Source: Rhina ancylostomus
Lineage: Eukaryota
Direction: 5' to 3'
NCBI GenBank assembly: GCA_030265395.1
Contig: JARFYF010000059.1
Span: 19,033,945-19,097,944, forward strand
DNA length: 64,000 nt
The notes under the pieces are model-generated. The model made no database searches. It saw only the letters and a list, made by a program, of their open reading frames with translations, and was not told the origin of the DNA. Below are positions 61,856-64,000 of the stretch, piece by piece; position 1 is the stretch's first letter; the number at the start of each line of letters is the position of its first letter. Both the position numbers and the translations under genes were made by a program.

Positions 61856-63549
61856 ATGACCATTAACGTAGTAATGTGTTCTAAGGAGCTTCACAGGACC
61901 ATAATCAAATAAAATGAACAATAGTAGGAAATATAAAAGCATGTAAGGCCACATATCACTGGACTGACAACCNNNNNNNNNNGAGAGCTTAGCAGGCCAA
62001 GAGTTATGAGCTCTGATTTATTCTTGATCTGGGCCACATGGTAAAGTAATTGTTCTCACAGAAGGGATAAGTAGGTGTGTCTAACAAAGTACATATAAGG
62101 ATATACTGTTCAGTCTGCCTTTGTACTTTTTATCCTCGTCCATACATTTGTTACCTGTAATCTTCTCTATTTCAATGTAATCCTGGCCAGCCTCCTTTCT
62201 TCCACTCAGTTTAAATTTGAGTCCATCCAAATTTCTGCTGCCCATGTCATATCTTGCACTCTGATTCAACCATCACCTCCTTGGATTTATCCACAATGAC
62301 TTTGGTTGAGCAGCTCCAAAGGTATCACCATTGTTTTCAGATTCTTTTATTTTAAATTCTTGTGTCCGTTCCTGCCGACTCCCAAATGATCAACAATTCA
62401 GCTTTAAACGGAATCATTATTTCTCAATTGTATGTGTTCAAACAGATTGGATATAATTTTTAATTTTCTAGCACAAGAATCAAACTACTGGAGTGGATCA
62501 TCTGCCCCTTGTAGAATCTGCCCAATTTTCATTACATCTCCTTCAATGTATTGAAGATCAGGTGGGTTGTACAGCAGAGGTGACTGATTACTGTTGGGTG
62601 AATTACTGTCTGAGGACTAAAATAGCGCCCACGAATAACATGGCAACATCTACTTTTCTCCTCCCTTCCCCACTCTCATTTCCCAGATTTGTACACCCTC
62701 TCCTGAGGTGTTGTTGATGTTTTGGAGGTTGAGAGATTCCAGGTCAGTCACTACCCCTTAATATGATGAACCAGCTGACCTCAGCCAGGGTAGTGTCACT
62801 AAGTCTTGATGCTCAAGTTGCTCAAGGCTTTAACTCCTGGTCACTGAGCAGTAACTGTTGTAGTGAATGCCAGTGTGAATGGTTATAGTCACACACAGGC
62901 CTCCCACGGTCAGAACCAACTTCAAAATAAACTAATCTCAGAACATGGGTAGAAATATTAATATTAAATACTTCAGCTGCCTCCTCTTCAATTCGCAGTA
63001 TTGTATTACTGAGCACACCATGTGAATAGGAGTACAAATGAAATCATTAACAACTATAATTTGCTAACATTTGCATTGCTTTCCTGAGATTTAATGGGAA
63101 ATGTGAACATAAATGTCAAGCCTTCAACACCTTATTCACAAATTGATGCAGAGATTGCTGTAGTGCAAGCTCGGTGGTTTGCATGTGTTTTATATAATTA
63201 TATGTGTTTGCCTACATAACAATGATCATCGCACTTCAAATGCAAAAGTCATTTGTTGTTTGAAGATGTTTGAATCTTGTTAAAGATTCACACAGATACT
63301 GTGAAATGCAGTAAATAAATGTAACTTTATCTTTAACCAATTATTATAGAAAATATCAGGCAGATCTATTATAATTTACTCTTTGTACGTTCTTTAATTT
63401 ATACTCATTTTGACTTCCAATATTTCCTTCCTCTTCTTTTACCTTATCTTGATTTGTGCAGGGTAGACTTTCATGAGGAGCAACAGCTCTCCGGTACGAT
63501 GCATAAGTTGAACTGTTGTTTCAGGTCACAGTGTCAAATAATACAACAG

Positions 63550-63790
63550 AGAAAGAAGCCACTTGTCCCTTCATACCTACACTAGCGTTTTTCAAAGATT
63601 CTACCCCTCTCTGTCTTTCTCCATAACCCTGTACATTCTTGCTATCTATTTCTCCAATTCATTTTTGAAAGTTACCATTGAATGTGCTTCTACTATCCTT
63701 CTCAGGCAATGAATTCCACATCACAACAAAATCCTGCATTAGGAAATTTCTCCTCATGTTTTATCAGTCACCTCTGGTTACCAATTGCAT
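63550..63790 (-). mobile_element. CR1 LINE 3' end fragment
   Basis: tctccataaccctg..atttttgaaagttaccattgaatgtgcttc..caggcaatgaattccaca. Confidence 0.6.
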
Positions 63791-64000
63791 TACCACCGAA
63801 ATGATTCCACCTCATTTGTAATCATCTCAACATCTCAAAGTGAAGGACATCTCAACCAAAGCCATTCCTAAACAAGCATAATGTTCTTGTGCTCTGAACT
63901 GTAGGAATCACTGGATAGTGAGTCGGAACTGGAATTCTGGCTGATTTGGTTCCAAAAAGTCCAACTTCCTTTTTCTTATTAACACTATTGCTTACTCTCT

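Larger units (their letters stand above)
48313..64000 (+). other. CAMTA1: Inferred CAMTA1 intron downstream of the exon (5' part)
   Basis: Begins with gtaagt; the next exon (PQNGSMILYNRKKVKYRKDGYCWKKR) was not seen before the window end. Confidence 0.75.

Noticed and set aside
63462-63493. 32-nt micro-exon candidate (long pyrimidine tract, tgcag|GGTAGAC...CTCCG|gtacga)
   Set aside because: The peptide (VDFHEEQQLS) is not CAMTA1-like, the length would shift the frame and the donor is mediocre; no independent evidence.
1-64000. A novel multi-gene or prokaryote-style system; the remaining 60-180 aa ORFs
   Set aside because: The ORFs are short, many span N-gaps, and they show no recognisable host domains; the identifiable ones are retroelement remnants. 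Nothing supports an operon, RNA gene cluster or intact autonomous element.

Overview
Vertebrate genomic DNA from a draft assembly with 12 N-gaps. The repeat families (CR1, L2, Rex1/Babar, Penelope-like, DeuSINE) point to a cartilaginous fish (shark/ray; inferred). I can support only one host protein-coding segment: a 68-nt internal exon at 48245-48312 (+) encoding EIAAYLITFEKHEEWLTTSPKTR. This matches, from memory, the CG-1 DNA-binding domain of CAMTA1. The rest of the window is therefore most likely the two very long flanking CAMTA1 introns, filled with decayed, often nested retroelements, microsatellites and a few repeat-poor stretches that could be conserved non-coding elements. The supplied ORFs are spurious or transposon remnants, and the real exon is too short to appear among them. 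I found no convincing novel multi-gene system. The best leads are fold-back Penelope termini with decayed hammerhead-ribozyme cores, RBFOX motifs beside the frame-shifting CAMTA1 exon, a CR1 end joined to a locally copied 100-bp tract, a hidden 44-bp minisatellite and a SINE/LINE pair sharing a 3' tail. Repeat family names and boundaries come from by-eye recognition and are approximate (about +/-30 bp).
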